Made by a program: the position numbers and the translations under genes. Shown here piece after piece: positions 19,003-29,533 of a DNA stretch of 64,000 nucleotides (positions within the stretch are counted from its first letter, which is position 1; each line of letters begins with the position of its first letter). This stretch comes from Planctomycetales bacterium (GTDB taxonomy: Bacteria; 4484-113), in the NCBI GenBank assembly GCA_037441675.1, contig JBBIRS010000009.1, positions 19,644-83,643 on the forward strand. The letters run 5' to 3'. The notes under the pieces are model-generated. The model was not told the DNA's origin, did no database searches, and saw only the letters and a program-made list of their open reading frames with translations.

Positions 19003-19533
19003 CTAGTTCATCAAAACGCTAGCATCAAGTGGGACGTAGTAATCAGCGGCGTCCCGTAAAACTTCAGCGGTTGATGCGGGAAAGGAGTAAACCTCAACCT
19101 TTGCACCGAGAGCCTTTAGCTTCTCCACAAGAACTGCGAAATCTCCATCACCCGAAACTAGCGCGACCACATCAGCCCTAGACGCTATGTTTATTGAATC
19201 TATGGCAATTCCCATATCCCAGTCACCCTTGCTTGTCCCATCCGGGCGGATCCTCAACGGTTTTTTCTTTACTTCCACTCCAATCTTGTCCAGAAACTCT
19301 AAAAACTTAGACTGATCAACATCAGGGGATTGGACAATGTACGCGATTGCTCTCACTATTTTTCTTCCTGCCACGATTCTTTTAAGAAGTTCTTCGAAGT
19401 CCAGCTTCTTCCCAAAGATATTCATTGCGGAGTAGAACATATTCTGAACATCAATAAAAATGGCGATACGCTGGTCTTCATACACAGATTTTAGGAAATT
19501 AGTCTGTTTTTCATTCACTTTCTTTTGTTCCAT
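19003..19533 (-). CDS. NYN domain (LabA/DUF88) protein
   Basis: IFIDVQN, KGDWDMGIAID, LVSGDGDF, L..AAD.Y. Confidence 0.92.
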   Translation of the reverse strand: MEQKKVNEKQTNFLKSVYEDQRIAIFIDVQNMFYSAMNIFGKKLDFEELLKRIVAGRKIVRAIAYIVQSPDVDQSKFLEFLDKIGVEVKKKPLRIRPDGTSKGDWDMGIAIDSINIASRADVVALVSGDGDFAVLVEKLKALGAKVEVYSFPASTAEVLRDAADYYVPLDASVLMN

Positions 19534-19733
19534 TCGTAACTCCTAGAAATTGATAATTAAACGCAATTCCAATATTTGGAAGAAAAATCCTATTTCTTCT
19601 ATTAAAAACTATTTTACTAATTTACAGATGATAAAAATCAAAAACTATGACTGAAATACATTTACCACTAAAGTATGAGTGTAAGGGCTTTTCTAAGAGC
19701 TATGGTAATCAGCCTTTCCTTAGACATTCTAAC

Positions 19734-21041
19734 TTATCGTTCGCTTATAACTAACATATCCTGCGCTACTATTTTAGCTTTTTCAACTTGGGCATTGCTG
19801 TATTGTTCGGAAAGCTCCATGATTAACTCTGATTGCCTTTCGGTTTCTTTTTTGAGCTCCTCCTGTTTAATTCTAATTTCGGGAAAACTCTTCGCCAGAG
19901 TATCCATATCCGCAATAATGTCAGGCGAAAGAGGTTCTTCGTTAAGGTTTTTGCCTTTTGGAGTTAAATAAGAACCGACCGTAAGCGAGAGAGCGGACTG
20001 CCCATTCTCAAGCTCGTAAACTTCCTGAACTGAGCCTTTACCGAAGGTATGGGTGCCAACAATTTTTGCCCTGCCGTTATCCTGAAGAGCGCCGGCAAAA
20101 ACCTCTGAGGCACTCGCGGAGTACTCATTCGTGAGAATGGCTAGGGGAATATCGAGGTCATCCTCATCAACTTCTGCGAAAATTGTAGTATCTTTTCTGC
20201 CTTTCTGTTTTACGCTGACAATAGCTCCTTCAGTCAAGAATAGGTCTGCCACTTCAACCGCAGATTCTAAAAGCCCGCCAGGATTATATCTTAGGTCTAT
20301 GACAAGGCTTTTAGCGCCCTTCTTCAGCAAAGTCCCAACTGCACTCTTAACTTCCTCCGCCGTCTTAACGCCAAAAAAGCTAACGCGGAAGTATCCGACA
20401 TTTTTATCCAGCATTCTTTTCTCCGAAACGGACGGGAGCTCCACTTTCGCTCTCTTTAACGTTACTTTCTTAGGCTCAGTCCAACCCTCCCTTAGTATAC
20501 TTAACGTAACTTCGGTGCCCGGCTCGCCCATTATCTGCCTAGCTATCTGGTCTAGCACAGAATTTTCTGTAGTCTTTCCATCAACTTCTAAAATGAAATC
20601 TCGCTCTTTCAATCCAGCTGAAAAAGCGGGCGTATTTTCAAATACTGACGCAATAACCGGCAGATTTCTTGCTGGGTCAAGTCCTAAAACAACTCCTATG
20701 CCTGAGTAGCCACCTTCCGCGGTTGCGGAAAGGGTGCGCCAGGCTATGGGTTCTAAGAATGTGGAATACTTATCGTTGTAAGGTTTTTCTCGAAGCCTTC
20801 CCACAAGCCCTTGAAGGGCGGAATATATGAACTCTTTTTCATCCTCAATGGGCTTGACATAATTGTCCCTAATTAGCCTTAGAGTATCTTCAATCAGTCT
20901 CAAATCTTTAGAGCCGAACCACAGTTTGACAACGGAGCCTTTTTCCGCGCTCATTGCGCCAATGGAATAGCTAAGGAACGCTATTCCTAACACAAGAATT
21001 GAAAAGAAAAGTGTCTTTATACTTTCTCTAGTCATACTCAT
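19734..21041 (-). CDS. ctpA: Carboxy-terminal processing protease (S41A, PDZ)
   Basis: GIGV PDZ, DLRYNPGG, SASASE, TFGKGSVQ. Confidence 0.93.
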   Translation of the reverse strand: MSMTRESIKTLFFSILVLGIAFLSYSIGAMSAEKGSVVKLWFGSKDLRLIEDTLRLIRDNYVKPIEDEKEFIYSALQGLVGRLREKPYNDKYSTFLEPIAWRTLSATAEGGYSGIGVVLGLDPARNLPVIASVFENTPAFSAGLKERDFILEVDGKTTENSVLDQIARQIMGEPGTEVTLSILREGWTEPKKVTLKRAKVELPSVSEKRMLDKNVGYFRVSFFGVKTAEEVKSAVGTLLKKGAKSLVIDLRYNPGGLLESAVEVADLFLTEGAIVSVKQKGRKDTTIFAEVDEDDLDIPLAILTNEYSASASEVFAGALQDNGRAKIVGTHTFGKGSVQEVYELENGQSALSLTVGSYLTPKGKNLNEEPLSPDIIADMDTLAKSFPEIRIKQEELKKETERQSELIMELSEQYSNAQVEKAKIVAQDMLVISER

Positions 21042-21086
21042 TCACCTGATAGGTTAAATTTACATCAATAGCTTTAGAGTTACAGT

Positions 21087-22259
21087 CTAAAGATTACCCA
21101 TTGGATCAACGGGAGTACCGTTCACGCGCACTTCAAAGTGCAGATGAGGGCCCGTGGAGTAACCCGTGCTTCCGACGTTTCCTATCACTTGACCAGCTTG
21201 AACGATAGTGCCAACGGAAACTGAAATATGCGAAAGGTGCGCGTAAAGGGTGCTAATCTTGCCACCGTGGTCTATGATTATAGTAAGACCATAACCACCC
21301 CGCCAACCGGTAAATATAACCATACCAGTGCCACCCGCCCTAATTGGCGTTCCGTGAGGTGCAGCAATATCTACGCCTGTGTGCATAGCTACTCGCTTGC
21401 TTATTGGATGTCGCCGATAGCCAAATCCGCTTCTAATTGAGCCATCAACCGGTTTGAGAAGCTTCCCCTTCCAGGCTGGTCCTTTGTATCTGCCCTGGAG
21501 TCTGCGGATGTCTGACTCAATTCTCCTACTCTCCTCCTCCAGCTCTCTTATTTGCCTTTCCGCTAACTCCGCATCCTGTGAAATCCTACTTAGAAGTTGA
21601 GTCTTGCTCCGTCTCAGCTCCCCTACTTCCCTCCTTCTCTCTTTGAGCTCTTCCTGCTTGCTTGCTATGTCTGCTATTTTTGCCTCAATCTTTCTTTTAT
21701 GTTCCTCCTTTTCCGCTTTCTTTCGCTCCAGCTCACTTATTAGCTTTTTATCATTATCAAAGATTAAGCTTAAGTAAAAGACGCGATTCATAAAGTCACG
21801 AAAGTTCTCAGCATTAAAAAGAATGTAAAGGTATGTGAGCTCGCCTTGCATATAGGTTGTGATTACTCTCTTTTTAACGCTATTCTTCTTTCTTTCAATT
21901 TCATCAATAATCTCTTTAAGCCTCTGGAGTAATGCCTCCAAGTCCTTCCGAGAATTGTTTATGTCAATCTCAAGCTCAGCAACCTTTGAATTGAGTGCGT
22001 CTACCTGTTGGTCAAGCTCGCTTATCTCGCCTGAAATAGAAGCTTTCTCTTCCTTCAACTTGCGAAGCTTTCTTTCAAGGGTGCGCTTTCTAACTTGAAT
22101 TTCGTAAAGCATTTGGCTCGCGCTTTTTGCTTGAACCTCTAAAGAGTTAATAGGAATGATAAAGAGCGCTGTAAGTACCACTATAGAAAAAATCTTCAAA
22201 GCCTTTACTTTCACCCGCTTAAATTCCATATTAACATCATCAATAATAATCTCAAGCAA
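21087..22259 (-). CDS. Coiled-coil M23 peptidase (EnvC-like FtsEX partner) with intact Zn ligands
   Basis: Signal peptide, long coiled coil, HTGVD, YAHL, GSTGYSTGPHLHFEVR; directly downstream of ftsX. Confidence 0.92.
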   Translation of the reverse strand: MLEIIIDDVNMEFKRVKVKALKIFSIVVLTALFIIPINSLEVQAKSASQMLYEIQVRKRTLERKLRKLKEEKASISGEISELDQQVDALNSKVAELEIDINNSRKDLEALLQRLKEIIDEIERKKNSVKKRVITTYMQGELTYLYILFNAENFRDFMNRVFYLSLIFDNDKKLISELERKKAEKEEHKRKIEAKIADIASKQEELKERRREVGELRRSKTQLLSRISQDAELAERQIRELEEESRRIESDIRRLQGRYKGPAWKGKLLKPVDGSIRSGFGYRRHPISKRVAMHTGVDIAAPHGTPIRAGGTGMVIFTGWRGGYGLTIIIDHGGKISTLYAHLSHISVSVGTIVQAGQVIGNVGSTGYSTGPHLHFEVRVNGTPVDPMGNL

Positions 22260-22271
22260 AATCAGGGCAAG

Positions 22272-23201
22272 TTAGGATGAGCCTATTCTCTTCATCTCCT
22301 CTACTCTTTTTATATCTGAGGCTAGGAATTGGTTAGCCGCAATGAGACTGCTTAGAAACCCTCCAAATGTTCCCAGGAAAATGATACCCGCTGAAAGCGT
22401 TATAAAGAACAAATTCACGTTTATGATTTTAGGCAGGAAGAGAGATAGTTTTTGCAAAAGTCCAACCGCAGTTTGCCCTAGGAGATAGACTATTGATACG
22501 CTGAGGATAGAACCCACCATTCCAATGAAAATTCCCTCAATTAAAAAGGACCAGCGGATAAAAGAGTTCGTAGCCCCCACAAGTTGCATTATTCTTATCT
22601 CTCTACGCCTGCTGTAAATGGAAAGACGAACCACGTTATGCACAGATGATATTGCGCCCGAGACTAGCAAGAGCAGGATTAACAGAAATCCAATTTCCAC
22701 ACCGAAAAGAACCCTCATAAGCTTTGCCACCTCCTTCTTCGGGTATCTCACGCCCCACACGCCATCAATTTTCCTTAGTTTTTCCGCTAGATCTTCAATT
22801 TTGTCCAAATTCTTGGGCTTTATAATGTAGGTTGGTGGTAATGGATTCTCGCCTTCCAGTATATCCTGAACGGGAATATTAAAAGTCTCTGAGAAATCGG
22901 ATAAAGCTTCCTCCGGAGATTTATAGCCAATGCTTTCAATCTCTTTCATGCTTCTAACCTTGCGGTCTATTTCCACGTAAGTTTCCGCTGGGAGTCCGAT
23001 TTTCAGGTATAGGTAAATCTCCACCATCTGCTGAAGGGAAATGGTGAAGGCGGCAACGTAAGTCATTACTGTAATTAGAAAACCAAGTACAGTTAGAGAT
23101 ATGGTGACCTGCAAACCGTGAGTTATGGCGATGTAAGTATTTCTGCGCAGATTCTCAAGAAATTCCTTAAAAAAGAAGGCTAGGTTACTAAGCGCGCTAA
23201 T
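22272..23201 (-). CDS. ftsX: Cell division permease FtsX (start extended to ATT at 23201; ORF track start 23114)
   Basis: ENPLP, RRREIRIMQLVGAT..FIRW.FL.EG. The frame stays open upstream through FFFKEFLENLRRN to an ATT 6 nt after AGGAGG. Confidence 0.88.
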   Translation of the reverse strand: MSALSNLAFFFKEFLENLRRNTYIAITHGLQVTISLTVLGFLITVMTYVAAFTISLQQMVEIYLYLKIGLPAETYVEIDRKVRSMKEIESIGYKSPEEALSDFSETFNIPVQDILEGENPLPPTYIIKPKNLDKIEDLAEKLRKIDGVWGVRYPKKEVAKLMRVLFGVEIGFLLILLLLVSGAISSVHNVVRLSIYSRRREIRIMQLVGATNSFIRWSFLIEGIFIGMVGSILSVSIVYLLGQTAVGLLQKLSLFLPKIINVNLFFITLSAGIIFLGTFGGFLSSLIAANQFLASDIKRVEEMKRIGSS

Positions 23202-23871
23202 AACCGCCCTCCTTTTTATCGGAGGTTATCAAGCCATGCTCAACGCGTATGGTCCTGGTTTTGAACTGATTAACAATGTTCTCATCATGAGTTGCAACAA
23301 TTAAGGTTGTTCCCCAGGAGTTAATCCGCTGAAGGAGCTCGATAATCCCTATGCTAGTTTCCGGGTCAAGATTACCAGTAGGCTCATCCGCCAGGAGAAT
23401 GTCGGGCTTATTTATCAAAGCGCGAGCTATGCAAACTCTTTGTTGCTCCCCACCGGAAAGTTCGTCTGGATAAGACCTCATTTTGTGAGTCAACCCCACC
23501 CATTCCAACGCTTCAGGAACTGCCTGACGTATCACTTTAGGACTAGCCCCCCTTACCTCCAAAGCAAATGCAACATTGCCATAAACGTTTTTATGTGGGA
23601 TTAATAAGAAGTCCTGAAATATCACGCCAACACGTCTTCTTAAGTAAGGAACCTCGCGAGGATGCATCTTTCCCACATCTTTCTTAAAAACTAAGACCTT
23701 ACCCTCCTGGGGGACGACGTCACGATAAATACACCGAAGAACCGATGATTTACCGCCACCCGTTGAACCAACTAGGAAAACGAACTCTTGTTTCTCAACC
23801 TCAAAATTGATTCCCCTAAGGGCGGTTATACCAGTTGAATAAGACAGCTTAACGTCCGTAAATCTAATCAA
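23197..23871 (-). CDS. ftsE: Cell division ATP-binding protein FtsE
   Basis: [44 protein letters not shown]; adjacent to ftsX. Confidence 0.95.
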   Translation of the reverse strand: MIRFTDVKLSYSTGITALRGINFEVEKQEFVFLVGSTGGGKSSVLRCIYRDVVPQEGKVLVFKKDVGKMHPREVPYLRRRVGVIFQDFLLIPHKNVYGNVAFALEVRGASPKVIRQAVPEALEWVGLTHKMRSYPDELSGGEQQRVCIARALINKPDILLADEPTGNLDPETSIGIIELLQRINSWGTTLIVATHDENIVNQFKTRTIRVEHGLITSDKKEGGY

Positions 23872-24608
23872 TGCACTTTACCCCTTAATTTAGTTACTAG
23901 TATAAGCCAAACGAAAGCTGGCACAAATTTAACGAGCCGAGCCCATCTGGTCGGGTCTTGAATGGCTCGGTAAAGCCACTCTAATTTAGCTTTCTGCCAG
24001 GAAGCGGGCGCCAGCTTTTTATCACCGCAAAAGACCTCAAAAGAGCCACCGACACCAATCATTATGACGCACGGAAGCTCTTGTTTATTCTTAGCGATGA
24101 AAAGTTCTTGTTTGGGCGCACCCATCCCCACTAAAAGCACCCTCGCACCACTAGCCTTTATTTCTTCCACGACCTTCTTCGTCTCCTCGTCAGTGAAATA
24201 ACCATGGTGATAGCCGGCTATGCTTAAGTTTGGATATTCTCCTTTTAGCTTTTCGCAAGCCTTACTTACCACGTTATTCTTTGAACCAAGCAGAAAAACA
24301 CTAATTCCACTACTTTCACAGCACTTCAAAAGCTCCTGAGCGAGTTGGATACCGGCTATCCGCTCAACGCTTTTGCCTGAAATCCATCTTATGGCATAAG
24401 CCAACCACCAGCCATCCACTACGATAAGTTCTGCCTCTTTTACCACTCTTTGGTACTCGGGATCTCTTCTTGCCCGCATAAAAATTTCCGGATTCATTGT
24501 GACGATGTGAGTTTTCTTTCCCTCCCTGAGACGGGTTTGTAGATAATCAAGGAGATTGTTTAGATTGCCACTATAGAACTTCAATCCAAAGAAATTTGTA
24601 AAATCCAC
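23868..24608 (-). CDS. WecB/TagA/CpsF family glycosyltransferase
   Basis: VT.NPE, DG, ERIAG..L, GYHHGYF, VGMGAPKQE, GVGGSF, LEWLYR. Confidence 0.93.
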   Translation of the reverse strand: MDFTNFFGLKFYSGNLNNLLDYLQTRLREGKKTHIVTMNPEIFMRARRDPEYQRVVKEAELIVVDGWWLAYAIRWISGKSVERIAGIQLAQELLKCCESSGISVFLLGSKNNVVSKACEKLKGEYPNLSIAGYHHGYFTDEETKKVVEEIKASGARVLLVGMGAPKQELFIAKNKQELPCVIMIGVGGSFEVFCGDKKLAPASWQKAKLEWLYRAIQDPTRWARLVKFVPAFVWLILVTKLRGKVH

Positions 24609-24853
24609 AAGCTCCTAAATTTTAACAAAGCCTTTAATGAAATGGTAAATATGTATATTAAACTCGGAATGATTAAACTCGTCATGAACAAACTTTATGT
24701 TAATAAACTGAGCTTAAATTCTAGTTTACACAAGATGAAAAGCTAAATCAATCTCAGAGTCCGGCTAGCTGTGCCGAGTGTGCAGAGCTAGCTTCAAAGA
24801 GAAAATCAGGTTAAGAAGGGAGTTAGCGTATAAAATATTAGTAATGAATTTCT

Positions 24854-24925
24854 GCCGGCGTAGCTCAGTGGCAGAGCAACTGACTTGTAATCAGTAGGTC
24901 GTCGGTTCAAGTCCGACCGCCGGCT
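24854..24925 (+). tRNA. tRNA-Thr(TGT); CCA not encoded
   Basis: Acceptor GCCGGCG/CGCCGGC, D arm TAGCTCAGTGGCAGAGC, anticodon loop CTTGTAA, T arm GTCGG-TTCAAGT-CCGAC. Confidence 0.97.
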
Positions 24926-25314
24926 GTTATAGGGCCTGCGGGACTAGCATTTTTCCCCTTAGGAAGAAGCGCTTGACTGCTTTCATCCACCCTTTTGCGC
25001 CAATCATAACTGCTAGCACTTCTAACAAAGTAACCTCTCTTAAACAAAACGAAGGATGCTGAAAAGCTTCCTTCTTTACCACAGGAACCGAAACTTCGTG
25101 TCTATGCAGATTAAGTTTGCACACTCCGAGGGGAAGTCCTGCAGAACTTCAATACAATCCCACAGTAAAGAGTTTCGGGTTCAAAGTTAGGATGGATGGG
25201 GTCATCCGTCTAGTTCTAGCACTGTTAAGTAGTAACAAAGACTGTTCTTGGTTGTAGCCTCTCGGCTAGAAAATGGCTGCGTGATGAATACTAAAACATT
25301 CTAAGGAGAGGGAT

Positions 25315-25817
25315 TTGAGCAGAAATGACCGCATTGAACTGATACGAATTCTTAGGGAAGCACGCGGAGGAACTTCATTTTTGGCGCAAATTACCGCTCC
25401 TACAGAAGCCCAAATTGCTACCGACGCACTCACCTACTTCACTGACCACCTTTCAGGATTGACCAAGGGAGGAAAGTTCGTAAGTAAGCCCCATAACTGA
25501 GTTCATCAAGTAAGTGGGTGCGAGTAACATCTTTCTCCTAAAAAAGAAGCATGGAGTATAGTGAGAGAATAGCGAAGAAGTTCTTGGAAAATAACAAAAT
25601 GGGACTGTCTGATGAGGCAAGAAATAGCATTATCAGCGAGTTGCTCCTTAACATTCCCCATCACCGCCACTTATTGACTAGGGACGAAAACGCGGAACTG
25701 GGTCTTCGGGTTACGAAGACTGAGGAAGTTCGGGATGATTTCTCTAAATTGGTTTGGCGCAAATGGAAAACCTACGAGTCCGAATTTCCACCAGCATTGC
25801 CTTTGCAAGTTGAGTAA
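25315..25817 (+). pseudogene. Fragments of an SDH-family Clp-fold serine protease, central part missing
   Basis: 25315-25500 (RIELIRILREARG...AQIATDA...F.DHL) resembles the family N-terminus and 25551-25817 (IISEL...H.LTRDE..ELGLRV...LVW..W..YE.EF) the C-terminus. They are in different frames with no catalytic core. AGGAG precedes the TTG. Confidence 0.55.
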
Positions 25818-26148
25818 GCTATTAAAGAGAATTAACGCACCTTTTACCGGCTTTTGGCGATAATCGAGTCATTCAACAGCGGAGGAAAAGGGCGTAGTTA
25901 AAACGACGTTCGCAAAACAGAAGTGGGATTTAATACCCGAGCCTGCCCAGCCACAGAAGTTTTGTATCAGCCAAAAATTTTTACTTTGGGAGAATTTCTA
26001 GCATTCTTTGCGGTCTGAAGAAGAAAAGGTCGCTTTCAGTTTTTAGAGTATTTTTTATACTCAAAGCATACGGTCATCCCTAACGACTATGGTAAGATAC
26101 AAAAGCTTAAAGTGGCGGTTTCGTTAGGTATGAATTTACAGGAACTTA

Positions 26149-27951
26149 GTGATGCCGGTAATTGCGAAAAAGGATGAGCTGACTGAAAAGGAAGCAAGGC
26201 TACACCGATTAAGGCACTCCGCGTCGCATATAATGGCGCAGGCGGTTTGCGAGCTATTTCCCGAAGTTAAACTGGCAATCGGTCCGCCGATTGAGGACGG
26301 CTTTTATTACGACTTTGATACTCCACACACTTTTACTCAAGATGACCTTGAAAGAATTGAAGCTAAGATGCGGGAGATCATCAAGGAGGATGCAACCTTT
26401 GAGGAAATTGAAATGACCCGAGAGGAAGCCCTAAAATTCTTGATGGAGAACAATGCGGGAGCTTACAAACTTGAACTTTTGAATGACATCCCCGAGAATG
26501 AACGCATTACTTTTTACCGCAGTGGTCGGTTCATTGACCTATGCGCCGGACCGCATGCGTCAAGAACGGGCGAAGTCAAACACTTTAAGCTTCTTAAGAT
26601 TGCGGGAGCATATTGGCGAGGTGTGGAGATAAATCCAATGCTTCAACGCATTTATGGAACTGCGTGGGAGACTGAGCAGGAATTAGAAGCTTACCTGAAG
26701 CGATTAGAAGAGGCGGAAAAGCGCGATCATAGAAAGCTAGGACCTGAGCTTCAGCTCTTTACTTTTTTTGATGAGGCGGGGAGCGGGCTTCCTTTCTACT
26801 TTCCAAAGGGAGCCGTGCTTTTGAATGAACTTCAAAATTGGATGTACGAGGAGCACGTGAAAAGGGGGTATATTCCACTACGCACACCCCATTTACTCAA
26901 GATTGACCTATGGAAAATCAGTGGGCATCTGGAAAATTACCGTGAGAATATGTTTTTAGTGAAGGATGAAGAGAATAATCCTAACTCGCCTCTTCCGGGC
27001 GTATCCTACGGTGTGAAGCCGATGAACTGCCCTGGACACATCCTCATCTATCAGGCTCAGACGAGAAGCTACCGTGACCTTCCCCAGCGATACTTTGAAT
27101 TCGGCACAGTCTACCGATTTGAACGCGGTGGGACTATGCATGGAATGCTACGTGTTCGCGGATTCACTCAGGACGATGCCCATATTTTCTGCACTCCAGA
27201 GCAGTATGTTAGCGAAGTAAGCGCGGTTATTGATTTTTGCATACATGTGCTTGATACATTTGGCTTTGAGTATACGGTTGGTTTGAAGACTCGTTCCGAC
27301 AAGCGGCTTGGGAGTGATGAAATTTGGGATATGGCGGAAGGGGGATTAGAAAAGGTCCTCAAGCAGTTGAACATACCCTTTTACTATGGGCATAAAGACG
27401 CTACGTTTTATGGTCCAAAGGTTGACTTTATCATCCGCGATTCCCTTGGGAGAGAGTGGCAGGCAAGCACTGTTCAGCTTGACTTTAACCTGCCTGAGCG
27501 CTTTGAACTTGAGTATATTGATGTTGACGGCAAAGCCAAACGTCCAGTGATGATACATCGCGCGATACTTGGAAGTTTTGAGCGATTTATTGGCCTGCTC
27601 GTTGAAGAGTTTAACGGGGCGTTTCCACTCTGGTGCGCTCCCATTCAAGCGCGCGTTCTTCCCATTTCCGTTGAACTCAATTCTTACGCGGAAAATGTCG
27701 CTAAAGATTTCTCCCTTGCTGGAATTAGAGTTGATGTTGACAAAAGAGCGGAAACCCTAAACAAGAAGATTAGAGAAGCGACAACCAACAAAATCCCTTA
27801 CTTAGTCATCGTAGGTAAGAAAGAGGCTGAAGGGGAGAGGGTCAGCGTGCGCTCATACTTTGATGGAGATTTGGGAATGATGGAACTATCTGAGCTAAGT
27901 GCTAGAATGAAAGATGAGATTGAAAGAAAAGTGCACCGCAGGAAGATGTAG
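26149..27951 (+). CDS. thrS: Threonine--tRNA ligase (no N-terminal TGS domain)
   Basis: RHSASHIMAQAV, DLCAGPH, RDHRKLG, KPMNCPGH, RVRGFTQDDAH, IHRAILGSFERF. Confidence 0.98.
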   Translation: MMPVIAKKDELTEKEARLHRLRHSASHIMAQAVCELFPEVKLAIGPPIEDGFYYDFDTPHTFTQDDLERIEAKMREIIKEDATFEEIEMTREEALKFLMENNAGAYKLELLNDIPENERITFYRSGRFIDLCAGPHASRTGEVKHFKLLKIAGAYWRGVEINPMLQRIYGTAWETEQELEAYLKRLEEAEKRDHRKLGPELQLFTFFDEAGSGLPFYFPKGAVLLNELQNWMYEEHVKRGYIPLRTPHLLKIDLWKISGHLENYRENMFLVKDEENNPNSPLPGVSYGVKPMNCPGHILIYQAQTRSYRDLPQRYFEFGTVYRFERGGTMHGMLRVRGFTQDDAHIFCTPEQYVSEVSAVIDFCIHVLDTFGFEYTVGLKTRSDKRLGSDEIWDMAEGGLEKVLKQLNIPFYYGHKDATFYGPKVDFIIRDSLGREWQASTVQLDFNLPERFELEYIDVDGKAKRPVMIHRAILGSFERFIGLLVEEFNGAFPLWCAPIQARVLPISVELNSYAENVAKDFSLAGIRVDVDKRAETLNKKIREATTNKIPYLVIVGKKEAEGERVSVRSYFDGDLGMMELSELSARMKDEIERKVHRRKM

Positions 27952-27995
27952 CGTAGTGATGGTTTTATTCTCTTAAGAAGGTGAAACATTAGAAG

Positions 27996-29432
27996 TTGAT
28001 GAACACAGAAAGATTCTCCGCGGTAATACTCGCAGCGGGAAAATCAACTCGCTTCAGTTCCAAGCATGGCGTTAGTAAAGTCCTTTATCCGTTGGCGGGG
28101 GTGCCGATGATTGAATATGTCCTTAGGACACTTCACCGTCTCGCCCCTAACGAGATTATCATAGTTATGAACCCTGAAACCTTTGAAGAATTTCATAAAC
28201 TCTACGGTGACATTTACAAAGTGGCTATTCAAGATCCACCACTTGGAACTGGGGATGCACTTGCCACCGCTCTTCCCCATATTGAATCCGATGCTGAATA
28301 TGTATTAGTTCTGCCAGGAGATGCGCCTCTAATATCTGAAAAGGCAATCACCACGCTCTTAAAATCGACATCTGGCGGAGAGGGAGCGGTTTTGACCTTT
28401 CATCCACCTTCAACTTATGGCTATGGCAGGATTCTTAGGGACGAAGACGGTTACTTTGTCTCACGCATCGTTGAAGAGTTGGATGCGGATGATAAAACTG
28501 TTGGCATAACCGAATGCAACTCTGGCGTTTATGCGTTTCAAAAGAAATGGCTAGCTGATGTTCTTGAGCGAACACGCGTTGAATTTGGCACTAAGAACGC
28601 TAAAGGGGAGTACTACCTCACTGATGTGATGAACTTTCTTAGAATAACGCCAGTCTTCCACGAACCTTACGAAGACCTAATAGGCATAAACGATAGAGCT
28701 CAGCTTAACCAAGCGGAAAATTTGCTTCAGGAACGCATAATTTCAGCCCATGCCAAGGAGGGCGTCACATTTATTCGCGCTGAAACAAGTTACGTGGAGG
28801 CGAATGTAACCATAGGCGCAGACACCATTATCTATCCCGGCTGTGTCCTTAGGGGAGACACTAGCATTGGTGAAAACTGTGAGGTTGGACCAATGTGTTA
28901 CATTGAGAACTCAAGAATTGGTAATCATAACAAAATAATTTACGCCCATTTGGTTGGTGTCCATACGGAAGATAATGTTAAGGTTGGACCCTTTGCAAAT
29001 CTAAGGCCTGGGACTCATATATCCGAAAACGCCAAGGTCGGCGACTTTGTGGAGATAAAGAACTCAAGAATTGGCGCTGGTAGCAAAGTTCCACATTTAA
29101 CCTACATTGGTGATAGCGAAATCGGTGAAGGCGTCAATATCGGCGCAGGTACTATCACCTGCAATTACGACGGTTTTGAGAAGCATAAGACAATAATTGA
29201 GGATAACGTCTTCATCGGGAGTAACAACACTCTTATCGCGCCGTTAAGAATCGGACGTGGCGCTTACACCGCGGGTGGAAGCACGATAAATCAGGATGTG
29301 CCGGAAGATGCCCTTGGCATTGGACGAGCTAAACAAGAAATAAAAGAGGGCTACGCGAAAAAGCTCCGTGAGAGAAAAGCTAAAAAGACATCAAATATTG
29401 AAGAAAGCACCGAAGAGCCAAATTCGACTTAA
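27996..29432 (+). CDS. glmU: Bifunctional UDP-GlcNAc pyrophosphorylase/GlcN-1-P acetyltransferase
   Basis: ILAAGK.TR, LGTG.A, GYGRI, EYYLTD, hexapeptide repeats, GAGTITCNYDG. Confidence 0.97.
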   Translation: MMNTERFSAVILAAGKSTRFSSKHGVSKVLYPLAGVPMIEYVLRTLHRLAPNEIIIVMNPETFEEFHKLYGDIYKVAIQDPPLGTGDALATALPHIESDAEYVLVLPGDAPLISEKAITTLLKSTSGGEGAVLTFHPPSTYGYGRILRDEDGYFVSRIVEELDADDKTVGITECNSGVYAFQKKWLADVLERTRVEFGTKNAKGEYYLTDVMNFLRITPVFHEPYEDLIGINDRAQLNQAENLLQERIISAHAKEGVTFIRAETSYVEANVTIGADTIIYPGCVLRGDTSIGENCEVGPMCYIENSRIGNHNKIIYAHLVGVHTEDNVKVGPFANLRPGTHISENAKVGDFVEIKNSRIGAGSKVPHLTYIGDSEIGEGVNIGAGTITCNYDGFEKHKTIIEDNVFIGSNNTLIAPLRIGRGAYTAGGSTINQDVPEDALGIGRAKQEIKEGYAKKLRERKAKKTSNIEESTEEPNST

Positions 29433-29533
29433 TTTTCCATATTTTACGTTGAACTAACCTTGTAAATATCTAATTCATTTGCTAATCTTTGACTTTAGAA
29501 TATTTGCATGCGCCACAGGCTGAGGATAACATC

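Noticed and set aside
20131..20709. 192-aa plus-strand ORF
   Set aside because: Antisense shadow of ctpA with no recognisable motifs.
25818..26148. T-box riboswitch upstream of thrS
   Set aside because: No GGTGGnACCGCG T-box sequence or terminator/antiterminator pair found.
24926..26148. Intact prophage or integrative element at tRNA-Thr
   Set aside because: No integrase and no repeat of the tRNA 3' end; reported only as a scar.
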